From Clostridiales bacterium (GTDB lineage Bacteria > Bacillota > Clostridia > Acetivibrionales > RGIG10202): a stretch of 64,000 nucleotides of DNA. Positions 30,676-40,589 of the stretch are shown here, piece by piece (position 1 is the first letter of the stretch; every line of letters begins with the position of its first letter). The DNA lies in contig JAGCXC010000028.1 in NCBI GenBank assembly GCA_017961515.1, forward strand, positions 6,853 through 70,852. The letters run 5' to 3'. The notes below the pieces were generated by a model. It was not told the DNA's origin and ran no database searches. It saw only the letters and a list, made by a program, of their open reading frames with translations. A program made the translations under genes and the position numbers.

Positions 30676-31536
30676 ATGGAAGTTAAGCAAAATGTTACAT
30701 TAAAGTATTTGAAGGAGTTTTTTTTCTTATTCATAGGTACAGTGTTGGCGGCAATAGCGCTGGAGTTTATATTAATACCCAATAAGATTATAGACGGTGG
30801 AGTGGTTGGTATATCTATAATAGTGAGTCACTTAGTTAATATGCCAGTTAGTTTATTTACGTTTTTACTAAATGTACCATTTTTATTTTTTGGTTATAAA
30901 CAAATAGGTAGAACATTTGTTGTTAAATCGTTATTTGCGATAACGTCTTTGTCTTTGTGGCTTAGTGTTCTAAATGGTAGATTTCTCTTTACAGAGGATG
31001 TGTTTTTAGCAAGTGTATTTGGAGGAATCTTATTAGGAATAGGCGTTGGTACAGTTATAAGGTATGGAGGTTCATTGGATGGAACAGAAATGGTGGCCAT
31101 AGTTTTAGATAAGAAGACTACTTTTTCAGTTGGTCAGATAGTTATGTTTTTCAATTTATTTATATTAAGTAGTGCAGGATTAGTTTTCTCTCCAGATAGA
31201 GCTATGTACTCATTAGTGACATATTTTGTGGCGTATAAATTTATGGATATGGTAGTTGAAGGATTTGAAAAAGAAAAGGCTATACTAGTTATAACAGATA
31301 AAGGTGAGGAAGTAGGGGAAGCTATTACCGCAAGGTTAGGAAGAGGAGTTACTTTTTTAGAAGGAAAAGGTGGATATTCTAAAGGAAGAAAACAAATATT
31401 ATATTCAGTTATAACGCGTTTAGAGATAGCAAAGCTTAAAGATGTGATAAAAGCGTTAGATAAAAATGCATTTGTTACAGTAAGTGACGTATCTGATGTT
31501 GTTGGAGGTAAAAATAGAAAGAAAAATATACATTAA
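30676..31536 (+). CDS. YitT-family membrane protein (DUF2179 C-terminal domain)
   Basis: Five or six TM helices with IIDGGVVGISII and GGSLDGTEM motifs, then a soluble C-terminal domain (AILVITDKGEEVGEAI...FVTVSDVSDVVGG). Confidence 0.75.
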   Translation: MEVKQNVTLKYLKEFFFLFIGTVLAAIALEFILIPNKIIDGGVVGISIIVSHLVNMPVSLFTFLLNVPFLFFGYKQIGRTFVVKSLFAITSLSLWLSVLNGRFLFTEDVFLASVFGGILLGIGVGTVIRYGGSLDGTEMVAIVLDKKTTFSVGQIVMFFNLFILSSAGLVFSPDRAMYSLVTYFVAYKFMDMVVEGFEKEKAILVITDKGEEVGEAITARLGRGVTFLEGKGGYSKGRKQILYSVITRLEIAKLKDVIKALDKNAFVTVSDVSDVVGGKNRKKNIH

Positions 31537-31552
31537 AGGAAGGTAAGTAGTC

Positions 31553-32785
31553 GTGAATTGTGAAATTTTGTCTGTTGGTACAGAGCTATTGATGGGACAG
31601 ATAGCTAATACAAATGCAATGTATATATCTAATAAACTAAATGAGATAGGCGTTAATGTGTATTATCATAGTGTAGTTGGAGATAATCCGTCTAGAATGG
31701 AGGATGTGATAAAACTTGCATTGAGTAGGGCAGATTTGGTTCTGTTAACAGGAGGCTTAGGTCCTACCGAAGATGATTTAACCAAAGAGATAGTTTCACA
31801 AGTATTGGGAAGAAAGCTGGAGTTTAGTGAAGATGTTTATGCGTGTATAGAAGATTATTTTGTAAGGAATCGAAAGAGGAATACGCCTAATAATAGAAAG
31901 CAAGCATATGTACCGGAAGGAGCAATTGTTGTACCTAATAAAGTGGGGACAGCATGTGGTTTTATATTAGAGGTTGGAGAAAAGGTGGTAATTATGTTAC
32001 CAGGTCCACCTTTGGAGTTAAATCCCATGTTGAATGATACAATTGTTCCTTATTTGGCTAAAAGGACTAATAGATCAATAAAGTCTAAGTATATAAAGGT
32101 ATTTGGACTAGGAGAGGCAGATGTTTGCGATAGAATATCAGATTTGATAGAGTCGCAAAGTGATCCAACAATAGCTACATATTGTGAATTGGGAGAAGTT
32201 TTAATAAGGGTAACTACTAGCCAAAGAGATGATAGTGTATTGAGTTTGATGGTAAGAAAGTTATATGATTATTTAGGAGAATATATATACAGTGAAAATG
32301 GTGAGAAGTTAGAAGAAGTTGTAGTAAAGCTCTTACAAGAGAATAAAAAGAATGTTGCCTGCGCAGAGTCTTGTACAGGTGGGTTGTTGTCGGCAAAACT
32401 AACTAGCGTTAGTGGATCATCGCAAGTGTTTAATAGAGGGATAGTTTCGTACAGTAATGTGGCAAAAATGGAAAATTTAAATGTTCCAGAGGACATTTTA
32501 AATAAATTTGGTGCGGTTAGCAAGGAAACTGCTGAGTACATGGCAAGAGGAGTTAGAGAAATATCAAATACTGATATAGGTGTGTCAATAACAGGTATAG
32601 CAGGGCCTACAGGAGGTACAAAAGAAAAACCAGTAGGCTTGGTTTATATAGGATTATCGACGAAGTTTAAGACTATAGCTATAGAGACAAGATTAAATGG
32701 AGACAGAAACAAAATAAGGGAATTGACTTGCAAGAACGTATTAAATATGATACGTCTTGAAATAATAGGCAAGTTAAATAAGTAG
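31553..32785 (+). CDS. cinA: Competence/damage-inducible protein CinA (MoCF-like domain plus NMN amidohydrolase domain)
   Basis: EILSVGTELLMGQIANTNA...LTGGLGPTEDDLTKE, and C-terminal AESCTGGLLSAKLTSVSGSS...VSITGIAGP. Confidence 0.9.
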   Translation: MNCEILSVGTELLMGQIANTNAMYISNKLNEIGVNVYYHSVVGDNPSRMEDVIKLALSRADLVLLTGGLGPTEDDLTKEIVSQVLGRKLEFSEDVYACIEDYFVRNRKRNTPNNRKQAYVPEGAIVVPNKVGTACGFILEVGEKVVIMLPGPPLELNPMLNDTIVPYLAKRTNRSIKSKYIKVFGLGEADVCDRISDLIESQSDPTIATYCELGEVLIRVTTSQRDDSVLSLMVRKLYDYLGEYIYSENGEKLEEVVVKLLQENKKNVACAESCTGGLLSAKLTSVSGSSQVFNRGIVSYSNVAKMENLNVPEDILNKFGAVSKETAEYMARGVREISNTDIGVSITGIAGPTGGTKEKPVGLVYIGLSTKFKTIAIETRLNGDRNKIRELTCKNVLNMIRLEIIGKLNK

Positions 32786-32797
32786 AGGTGTTTTAAT

Positions 32798-34378
32798 TTG
32801 GAGAAAAAATCTAAAGTAACGTTAAAAGGCGCGGCCCTAATAGTGATGTCGTCTATAGTGGTTAGTAGACTAACAGGATTTTTAAGAGAAATGTTAGTAC
32901 CTAATATGATAGGAGTAGACGAGGTTGGAGATGCATACACCATTGCATTTAAGATAACGGGGCTTATGTATGACTTACTCGTTGGTGGAGCGATTTCATC
33001 AGCTCTTATACCTGTGTTGTCTGGATATATTATAAAAGATAAAGAGGAAGAAGGCTGGAAGGCTGTAAGTACTTTTATGAATATGGTGCTTATTGCGATG
33101 ATTGTATTTTGTGTGTTAGGAATGATATTTACGCCTAAGATAATGCCATTGGTTGCAATGGGGTTTAAGAGTGAATACCAGAAGGCACTTTCGGTTAAGT
33201 TAACTAGAATCTTATTTCCGTCAGTGTGTTTTTTGATGTTAGCAGGTTTTTCGAATGGCATATTGAATTCATATAACAGATTTGCGGTTGCAAGTTATGG
33301 ACCGTGTATATATAACATAGGCTGTGCGGCAAGTATTTATTTTTTGAGTAATACAAGAGGTGGTGTATGTTGGGTGGCTTATGGTGTGACTGTGAGTTCA
33401 TTTTTGTATTTTTTATTCCAGATTTTATTTGCATCAAGAAACATGAAATTTTATAGACCAAAGATATTTTTAAAGCATGAGGGATTCAGAAAATTATTTA
33501 GACTTGCAATACCGTCTATGATATCGTCTTCTATAGTACAAATAAATGTTTTGATATCGAGTTCTTTTTCGTCGTTGTTTAAGAAGGGAAGTGTAACAGC
33601 GTTTAGTATGGCGGATAGAATATGGCAAATGCCGTATGGTATATTTGCACAGGGTATCGCTACAGCTATTTTACCTTCATTATCAGCAAAAGTTGCGATA
33701 GGGAAAGTTGATGAGTTTAGAAAGACTTGGCTAAAAAGCTTGAGAGTAACGTTATTATTAACTATACCGTCGGCTATGGGGTTTGTTGTACTAAGAAGAG
33801 AAATAGTGCAAACAATTTTCAAATTCACAAATAAATTTAGTGATGAGTTTGTGGGTGTTTCGGCAAATGTTTTGATGTATTTTTCTATAGCATTGATAGC
33901 ACAGTCATTGGTACTTATAATAACTAGAGCGTTTTATGCCAATAATGACACGAAGACACCATTGTATATAGGGACAAGTACTATAGTGCTAAATCTTGTG
34001 CTTAGTTATATATTTTGTAATTATACGAATTTAGGAGTATCAGGAATGGCGCTTGCATACTCTGTGGCAAGTACAGTGAATGCGATAATTTTATTTATAG
34101 TGTTTAACAAAAGAACAGGTGGACTTATTGATTGGGGTGTCTTTAAGTTTTGCCAGAAAGTAGTGTTGGGGAGCGTGTTGATGGCAGTAGCGATATTGGG
34201 ATTAAAGTTTTTATGTCCTGATGTCGGTTTGAGCAAGCTAGTGCAATTAATAAGTTTGGTTATAAACATTGTAGTTGGAGTTACAGTTTATTTTATATCG
34301 ATATGGCTTCTTGGAGTGGAAGAGGTACGCGAATTGATTGCTATGGTATTGAGAAAATTTAAGTTACGTGTAGATTAA
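32798..34378 (+). CDS. murJ: Lipid II flippase MurJ
   Basis: SRLTGFLREMLVPNMIGVDEVGDAYTIAFKITGLMYDLLVGGAISSALIPVLS and about 14 TM helices. 526 aa. Confidence 0.85.
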   Translation: MEKKSKVTLKGAALIVMSSIVVSRLTGFLREMLVPNMIGVDEVGDAYTIAFKITGLMYDLLVGGAISSALIPVLSGYIIKDKEEEGWKAVSTFMNMVLIAMIVFCVLGMIFTPKIMPLVAMGFKSEYQKALSVKLTRILFPSVCFLMLAGFSNGILNSYNRFAVASYGPCIYNIGCAASIYFLSNTRGGVCWVAYGVTVSSFLYFLFQILFASRNMKFYRPKIFLKHEGFRKLFRLAIPSMISSSIVQINVLISSSFSSLFKKGSVTAFSMADRIWQMPYGIFAQGIATAILPSLSAKVAIGKVDEFRKTWLKSLRVTLLLTIPSAMGFVVLRREIVQTIFKFTNKFSDEFVGVSANVLMYFSIALIAQSLVLIITRAFYANNDTKTPLYIGTSTIVLNLVLSYIFCNYTNLGVSGMALAYSVASTVNAIILFIVFNKRTGGLIDWGVFKFCQKVVLGSVLMAVAILGLKFLCPDVGLSKLVQLISLVINIVVGVTVYFISIWLLGVEEVRELIAMVLRKFKLRVD

Positions 34379-34380
34379 AC

Positions 34381-34403
34381 GGGAAGCATTATACATGCTT
34401 CCC
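34381..34403. terminator. Hairpin between convergent murJ and the 708-aa gene
   Basis: GGGAAGCAT-TATAC-ATGCTTCCC. The flanking T-runs are poor. Confidence 0.45.
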
Positions 34404-34414
34404 ATTCTAAAATA

Positions 34415-36541
34415 TTAAATTTTACTTGTGTTAAAATTCATAAAATTATATAAAATATTGCATGCATCTAATCTAGTTATGGTGTCATTTGGACGAAAAT
34501 GCGAATCACCGTTTCCTACGATTAATCCAAAGCCGTTAGCAATGCATATGTAAGGAAAATATTCGTCTGATATAGTATTACAGTCAATAAAATTGCATTT
34601 TAAAATGTTTCTTAAATTTTTTAGGTTGTCAAGATAGCTGTAGCTAGAAGATAATAGCATTTTTAAGAACTGGCATCTTGAAATAGGTTTAAGGGGTTCC
34701 TTTTCTAAAGGAGTGATTATGTTATAAGCGTAGGCAATATTGTAAATGCTTTTAAAGTTGTCTATGGTAATATTGCGAGAGTCAAAAGAATATCCCAAAG
34801 TATTAGCAAATAAGATAAGTGCATCTAGTTGGGTTAATTCTTTGGATTCATAAAATATTTTAGAGTGATCAAACCCAACACCATGCTCGCCAAGAAGTAT
34901 TAAACGATCTTTAGCGTAGCAGGTATCAATGTTTAAGTATGTGAAAGGTTTAGAAGATGGAGCATTGAATGCTAGGAAAGATCCATCTTTTGCTAAAATG
35001 CCGTCTATTTTAGGATATTGTAGTAAATAAGCGAGTAATAGAGTTTCTTTTTTGTCCTCTAAAATTTCAGTAATGTAGTACAACTTGGCAGTACTGTTGT
35101 TTTGTAAAATTTTTGTAGCATCAGCTGAGCTTATTATTTTATTTGGTTGTTCAAAAGTTATAGAATCATCCCAATGTTCGCTGAAACTATCAACATAGCC
35201 GGTGTATTTATTAACTCTTAAGGTTAGATAGTTTTGCTTAAACAAATAGTTGTTTACAATTTGAACATATTTAAAGTTATTATCGTTGAAGCTAAAAAGT
35301 TTGGATTTTTCAAAAAAGCTATTTTTTGATCTTTTAAGAAAATCAATATGATAGTCTGTAGTGGCCCCAATAGGATGATAAGGCTCTGATTTTCTATAAG
35401 GATATGAAGTATAGAGTGAAATAATGGTGCCAGTTTTAGCATTTACAAGAACAAATTTTGATATAGTAGTGTCTAGGGCATTATCATTATTTAACATACC
35501 AAGTGATTCAAAATCATTATCTGAAGTGTAAACTAATCTACAAAATATATCCTTTGATGTAGAAGTTTTCGCATAGGTATAAGAAGATAATTTATACTTA
35601 GTAATGCCTAATTCTTTTTGACTCTTAACAAGCTTATCTAATTCAGTACTGGGCAATACATCAGATATTTTATTTATAGCATCAAGTTCTATTTCGCTTA
35701 AAGAATTATCTACATCAGTTTTTAACTTTGGAGAATCTACAACAGTATCTCTGTTTAGAGGATAGTAGTTGTTATAATAAAAAAGTCTTCCACTGTCTGC
35801 ATTAACATAGTGACGAGAGTAGTCAGGTAGAGTATATACAAGTTTTGCCACAGTGTCACTTGGGTTATTTGGATCTAATATGTATTCTATATTAGTTACA
35901 GGAAGTTCGTTTATGAAAATAGATTTAGCGTTGGAAGAGTTTATATTAGGTGAATTATTAGGTATTGGATCATTATTTAATCCGATAAACTCATCTCTTA
36001 AGAAAGAAATGACTTCTGTATCAGAGAGATTAACAGTTATAGAAAAATCAAATACAGAGTCGATTCCGTTTAATTTAATAACTCCAGTAAAAATAGGATT
36101 ATAAGAATTTGTTGAGAAAGTATTTGGCATGTTATAAAAATAAAAACTTTCATTTTCTCGAAGGACTTTGTTTAAAAAATTTATTGCTTGTTGCTTACAA
36201 GCAATAAATTTTTCTTTCGATAGTATAGGTGAGAAATTGAAAGAATATTTGTTTTCAGGAGTAGTTGATCTTTTGTTATAAGATAATATAGTATCATTTC
36301 CGGTGACACAGACATTAATATCAGTTTTTAAACCATGCCAAGTAAGATTCCATTTTTTATAAGATCCGTAATCACTTGATGATATGTTTAGGTCAATATA
36401 GTCGTCGGAAATGTCAAAAACATTTTTAACATAGAGTATAGCATGAGATAATCCTGTATCAGCACTGTGGGCAAGTATTTGACATGACAATCCCAAAACT
36501 ACAACTAATGATAAACATGCAGAAACAATTTTCTTAAACAT
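34415..36541 (-). CDS. Large secreted protein with C-terminal SLH-like repeats; function unknown
   Basis: Signal peptide MFKKIVSACLSLVVVLGLSCQILAHSA. The C-terminal 170 aa or so holds three degenerate SLH-like units; the best is FIDCNTISDEYFPYICIANGFGLIVGNGDSHFRPNDTITRLDACNILYNF. Confidence 0.5.
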   Translation of the reverse strand: MFKKIVSACLSLVVVLGLSCQILAHSADTGLSHAILYVKNVFDISDDYIDLNISSSDYGSYKKWNLTWHGLKTDINVCVTGNDTILSYNKRSTTPENKYSFNFSPILSKEKFIACKQQAINFLNKVLRENESFYFYNMPNTFSTNSYNPIFTGVIKLNGIDSVFDFSITVNLSDTEVISFLRDEFIGLNNDPIPNNSPNINSSNAKSIFINELPVTNIEYILDPNNPSDTVAKLVYTLPDYSRHYVNADSGRLFYYNNYYPLNRDTVVDSPKLKTDVDNSLSEIELDAINKISDVLPSTELDKLVKSQKELGITKYKLSSYTYAKTSTSKDIFCRLVYTSDNDFESLGMLNNDNALDTTISKFVLVNAKTGTIISLYTSYPYRKSEPYHPIGATTDYHIDFLKRSKNSFFEKSKLFSFNDNNFKYVQIVNNYLFKQNYLTLRVNKYTGYVDSFSEHWDDSITFEQPNKIISSADATKILQNNSTAKLYYITEILEDKKETLLLAYLLQYPKIDGILAKDGSFLAFNAPSSKPFTYLNIDTCYAKDRLILLGEHGVGFDHSKIFYESKELTQLDALILFANTLGYSFDSRNITIDNFKSIYNIAYAYNIITPLEKEPLKPISRCQFLKMLLSSSYSYLDNLKNLRNILKCNFIDCNTISDEYFPYICIANGFGLIVGNGDSHFRPNDTITRLDACNILYNFMNFNTSKI

Positions 36542-36561
36542 AAAATCATCCTTTCTGGAAA

Positions 36562-37098
36562 TTAATTAGACCTTTTTTTGGTGAGAATCTCAAGTATTTC
36601 GGGATATATCTCTTGAAAATATTTTTTCCAGTTAGCACATATAGTATTAGCAATATTAGTGTCGGTCAAATTTAGTTTTAAGTCAATTAAAAATTTAGTA
36701 TCATGGCTTACACGGCATACAACGTTGCAGTCGCCATTTTCTGTATCTTCATAATTTGCGAAAATAAATGAATCCAATTTTTTACTTTCTTTTTGGATAT
36801 TAATCAATGTATTAATTTTATGCAATACACTTTTGGGAATTACGCTTCCGAAGAAATCCAAACTCTTTTCTCCATCTGGTGTAGTAGAATAGTATGTTTT
36901 GTTGTTGTAAGTTTTTGATACAACAAGACTATTGGAACAAAGTTCACTTAAAATTTCCTGAAATACAAAGTAGCTCATAAACTTATTTTTTAATACAATC
37001 TCCATTATCTCAATATTGCTAAGAGGTAGCTCAAAATTATCAATTATATATAATAAAATGAGTTTGTGCTCAGCAACTCGTTTACTAGAATCAAGCAT
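36562..37098 (-). CDS. DUF4364-family protein (winged-helix, PadR-like putative regulator)
   Basis: AEHKLILLYIIDNFELPLSNIEIMEIVLKNKFMSYFVFQEILSELCSNSLV matches the DUF4364 N-terminal pattern as I remember it. It lies 20 nt upstream of the 708-aa gene on the same strand. Confidence 0.6.
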   Translation of the reverse strand: MLDSSKRVAEHKLILLYIIDNFELPLSNIEIMEIVLKNKFMSYFVFQEILSELCSNSLVVSKTYNNKTYYSTTPDGEKSLDFFGSVIPKSVLHKINTLINIQKESKKLDSFIFANYEDTENGDCNVVCRVSHDTKFLIDLKLNLTDTNIANTICANWKKYFQEIYPEILEILTKKRSN

Positions 37099-37400
37099 AA
37101 AAAAATCCTCCCTAAATTTCAGTTCATAATGGAATTATATCACAATAAGAGTTAAATTCCAAACAAAATGTTTATTCTAAGAAAAAAACTTAGGATATAT
37201 TTTCCTAAAAGTTATTTTTGGTTGTCAAACTAGAAAATTTAATGTTTCTTAATGGTGAATTATCGGGAATGATAATTTTTTTTTGCCAATCTGGGACATA
37301 TATGATATAATAAAAAACTGTAACAGAAATACCAATAAAGAATTGAAAAATAAGTAAGGGGGATAGTAACAATTTTATTTTTAAGAAATTGTTAATAGAC

Positions 37401-38528
37401 ATGAGAGCGTTATTTTTTTCAGTTTCTACAGGAGCGGGACATACAAAAGCAGCCCAGGCACTTAGTGAATATATAAAGCATCAGGATAAGGAATCTTGCA
37501 TACTAAAAGTGGATACGTTAAAGTATGCTAGTTTTTTTGTGGACAAGATCGTAATTAATGTATATATAAATATGCTAAAGACTACACCTAAGATATATGG
37601 AAAATTATATGATATAACAAATGGGGGGCACAGGTTAGGTGAGAATATAAATGGTTTAAGCAATAGAATAAATAAATTATTTTTGTTCAAGATAAAAAAG
37701 CTGCTGAAGGAGTTTACACCGGATATCATAATATGTACACATCCATTTGCATTACAAATGGCAAGGAATGCGAAGAAAAAATTGAACCTTTGCGTACCAT
37801 TGCTTGCTGTTGTAACAGATTATGCGGTGCATCCACTTTGGGTTAAGGGGTGTGCAGATGCGTATATATTACCGCATGAATTTATATTAAATGATGCAAT
37901 GAATAAAGGAATAGATAGGGATAAGATATATACGTATGGTATTCCAGTAGAAGACAAATTTTTATATAAGTTGGATAAGAACTTGGTACGAAAGAAATTT
38001 GGATTTGAGGATGTAACAACATTTTTGATAATGGGAGGAAGTCTTGGGTTTGGTGATATAGAAAATATTTTTATAAAGCTAATTAAGGTTCAACGTCCAT
38101 TGCAGATAGTTGTTGTTACAGGCACTAACAATAAATTAAAAAAACAGCTGGATAAATATATTTATGATATACATATCAAAAAAAGTATATCTATATTAGG
38201 TTATGTAGCTGAAATAAATGAACTTATGGATGTATCAGATTGTATAATAACAAAACCAGGAGGGCTAACGGTTGCGGAGGCGCTAATTAAAGAAATTCCT
38301 ATTTGTGTTATATCACCTATACCTGGTCACGAAGAAAAAAATGCTACATTTTTGATTAATAGCGGGGTTGCAGCATGTTTGGATAAGCATGATTCGTTGG
38401 AGGATTTTTTGTGTCAGGTGTTAGATAATGAAGTAAGGTATAATAACATGAAGCGCATAACAAAAGTCCTTGCAAAACCTAACGCATGCAAGGATATATA
38501 TGGTCTTATAAAGAAATTGACGTCCTAA
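37401..38528 (+). CDS. MGDG-synthase-family glycosyltransferase (UgtP-like diacylglycerol glucosyltransferase)
   Basis: FFSVSTGAGHTKAAQAL N-terminus and the GT-B C-terminal motif ITKPGGLTVAEAL...PIPGHEEKNA. ATG 37401 is preferred over the TTG at 37389. Confidence 0.75.
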   Translation: MRALFFSVSTGAGHTKAAQALSEYIKHQDKESCILKVDTLKYASFFVDKIVINVYINMLKTTPKIYGKLYDITNGGHRLGENINGLSNRINKLFLFKIKKLLKEFTPDIIICTHPFALQMARNAKKKLNLCVPLLAVVTDYAVHPLWVKGCADAYILPHEFILNDAMNKGIDRDKIYTYGIPVEDKFLYKLDKNLVRKKFGFEDVTTFLIMGGSLGFGDIENIFIKLIKVQRPLQIVVVTGTNNKLKKQLDKYIYDIHIKKSISILGYVAEINELMDVSDCIITKPGGLTVAEALIKEIPICVISPIPGHEEKNATFLINSGVAACLDKHDSLEDFLCQVLDNEVRYNNMKRITKVLAKPNACKDIYGLIKKLTS

Positions 38529-38552
38529 GCCTATGTAGAAAGGCTTAGGACG
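38521..38552. terminator. Hairpin between convergent genes
   Basis: CGTCCTAAGCC ... GGCTTAGGACG, a perfect 11-bp stem spanning the 38526 stop codon. Confidence 0.5.
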
Positions 38553-38555
38553 ATA

Positions 38556-40577
38556 TTAATCGAGTTTTATTATGTTTAGTGAATTACCAAATGTATCTTG
38601 TAGCATCTCTAACTCTCTATGTTTACAAGTAAATAGGATAATTTGATGTTTTAGTGATAACTCTTTTAAGTAATCGATAGTAAGTTTGGTACGAGTATCA
38701 TCGTACCAAGCAAAAATCTCATCAAATATCAAAGGCAACGATTCAGATGTACTTTCAGAAATTACATCACAAAGACCTATACGTAAAGCTAAATAAATTT
38801 GATCTACTGTACCGCCGCTTAGATATTGCGGTGAAACTATGTACATAGAATCTACATGTTTTGCATTTATGTCAAATGAGTTGTTGCAAGAAAGCTTAGT
38901 GTATTTTTGATTGGTGATTTTACCAAGTATGTCAGAAAGCTTTCTGTTTAAAGTGGGAATGAAACTATTACTAAGCTCATTGTTGGCTTCTTCAAGTGTA
39001 TCTAACGCTATTTTAATAGCAAGTTTTTTCCCTTCCAAAGAAGATTTTTCTTCTTCACAAGACGTGATCTTTTGGCCTAGCTCAGATAGGTCTTTATTAA
39101 ATGTTGATATATTAAACTTAGTTTTTAAATTATTTATAATGTCAGCAGTCAATTTACGATAATCGTTTATGCTTTCATTAACGGACTTAATTCGTTCCTC
39201 ACAGTTGATAATAGACTGTTTGGATGAAGTGTAGAGGGTATGAGTTGAATCATACTTAGATTTTAGAGCAACAAATTCTTCTATAGACGAAGTATTAGCT
39301 CGACTGATAGTTGAAGTTATTACTTCATTTAGATCAATAATTTCTCTTTCACATCCAGATTTGCGACTTTCTAAATATTCTTTATTTGCGGTAAATTTAA
39401 ATTTCTCAGCACTATATTTTTTGTTTGAAAATGAGAATAACGAGAAAGAAGCAACCGCAGGTCCTATAAGCCAATATTTTTTGAAAGTAATTGTGGTAGT
39501 TACAAAAAATATAAACAAAATAAGAAACAAAAATCTAGAAACCGAACTAGGTTTTGTAAGTTTTGCAAGTTCTAAAGAGAATTCTTCCGATTTGTTACGA
39601 AGATCTAAGATTCTCTTTTTTGAAGATAATAAATCATCAACAGTACCTTGAGAAAAACGTCTAAATATTTTATGAAGATTTAATGTATCTTGGTAATCTA
39701 TGAGCATCTGTTTGTAAGTAGCCAATTGCTTTTCTAACCCATCAGCAACATTTTTTAGTTCGTTTAATTTGTTATCGTATTCTTCCATAGATGTCATATA
39801 TTCATGTAGTTCATTTTTTAAATCTTCATTATCCTCACAAGAATCGATTAGAATAGACAAATCATTTTTTTGGAAATTAGGATTTTGAAGTATATTACTA
39901 AATTTCAAAAAATAATCTCTTTTTGCTTCAAGTGACCTTTTCTCATCATAGAGTTCGGATAATTTATTCTCTACAATGTTTATAGGACTTTTTTTAGTTC
40001 TATCTGTACCAACAGAAGTTTTTAGAGTATTCATTAAGGCTTCTCTAGCACTTTCATACGACATAACATCCAGTGAATCACTGCTGTGATCGGAAAGATC
40101 ATCAATTATGCGTTTTCCGTTTGCCCCAGGTATAAAAACCTTGGATTGACCAATAAAGCATGTTTCTTCAAAAGACGATAAACCAAGACCTAGATGTTCT
40201 TTTGCAAACTGTAATCCAGTAATTTTGTCTTTATCAAACTGTGATGATACATCAGTTAGGTTAGAGTCATAGAGCTTTGCAGTGTTGTTATCAAAATTAC
40301 GTTCAATTATATACTCATTAAGATTATCCAAGGAATAAGTTAAAGTTCCTTCATATGGAGAATTATCAATAGGTTTATATTTCTCCATGTTTGATAAATT
40401 GTTTTTTGTATTTCTTTCTTTAGATTTAATGGAAAAAAACATAGCTTTAATAAAAGTTTGAAGAGTGGATTTACCGGCCTCATTGTTGCCAAACACGACA
40501 TTTATTTTATCATCAAACTCCAAAGAAAGATTATTTAATTTACCAAATCCGTGTATATCAATTTTTTTTATTCTCAT
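38556..40577 (-). CDS. SbcC/Rad50-like ABC ATPase (YhaN/SbcE-like) with a central hydrophobic hairpin
   Basis: Walker A GNNEAGKST. Long coiled coils. C-terminal signature LSGGTVDQ, Walker B LPLIFDEIF and H-loop FTCKHRE. Mid-protein segment FLFLILFIFFVTTTITF-KKYW-LIGPAVASFSLFSF. RBS GGAG precedes ATG 40577. Confidence 0.75.
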   Translation of the reverse strand: MRIKKIDIHGFGKLNNLSLEFDDKINVVFGNNEAGKSTLQTFIKAMFFSIKSKERNTKNNLSNMEKYKPIDNSPYEGTLTYSLDNLNEYIIERNFDNNTAKLYDSNLTDVSSQFDKDKITGLQFAKEHLGLGLSSFEETCFIGQSKVFIPGANGKRIIDDLSDHSSDSLDVMSYESAREALMNTLKTSVGTDRTKKSPINIVENKLSELYDEKRSLEAKRDYFLKFSNILQNPNFQKNDLSILIDSCEDNEDLKNELHEYMTSMEEYDNKLNELKNVADGLEKQLATYKQMLIDYQDTLNLHKIFRRFSQGTVDDLLSSKKRILDLRNKSEEFSLELAKLTKPSSVSRFLFLILFIFFVTTTITFKKYWLIGPAVASFSLFSFSNKKYSAEKFKFTANKEYLESRKSGCEREIIDLNEVITSTISRANTSSIEEFVALKSKYDSTHTLYTSSKQSIINCEERIKSVNESINDYRKLTADIINNLKTKFNISTFNKDLSELGQKITSCEEEKSSLEGKKLAIKIALDTLEEANNELSNSFIPTLNRKLSDILGKITNQKYTKLSCNNSFDINAKHVDSMYIVSPQYLSGGTVDQIYLALRIGLCDVISESTSESLPLIFDEIFAWYDDTRTKLTIDYLKELSLKHQIILFTCKHRELEMLQDTFGNSLNIIKLD

Positions 40578-40589
40578 ACTAAGCATCTC

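Noticed and set aside
32644-33261. 205-aa minus-strand ORF spanning the cinA/murJ junction, plus other minus-strand ORFs within murJ
   Set aside because: It overlaps two well-supported plus-strand genes and has no RBS or family resemblance.
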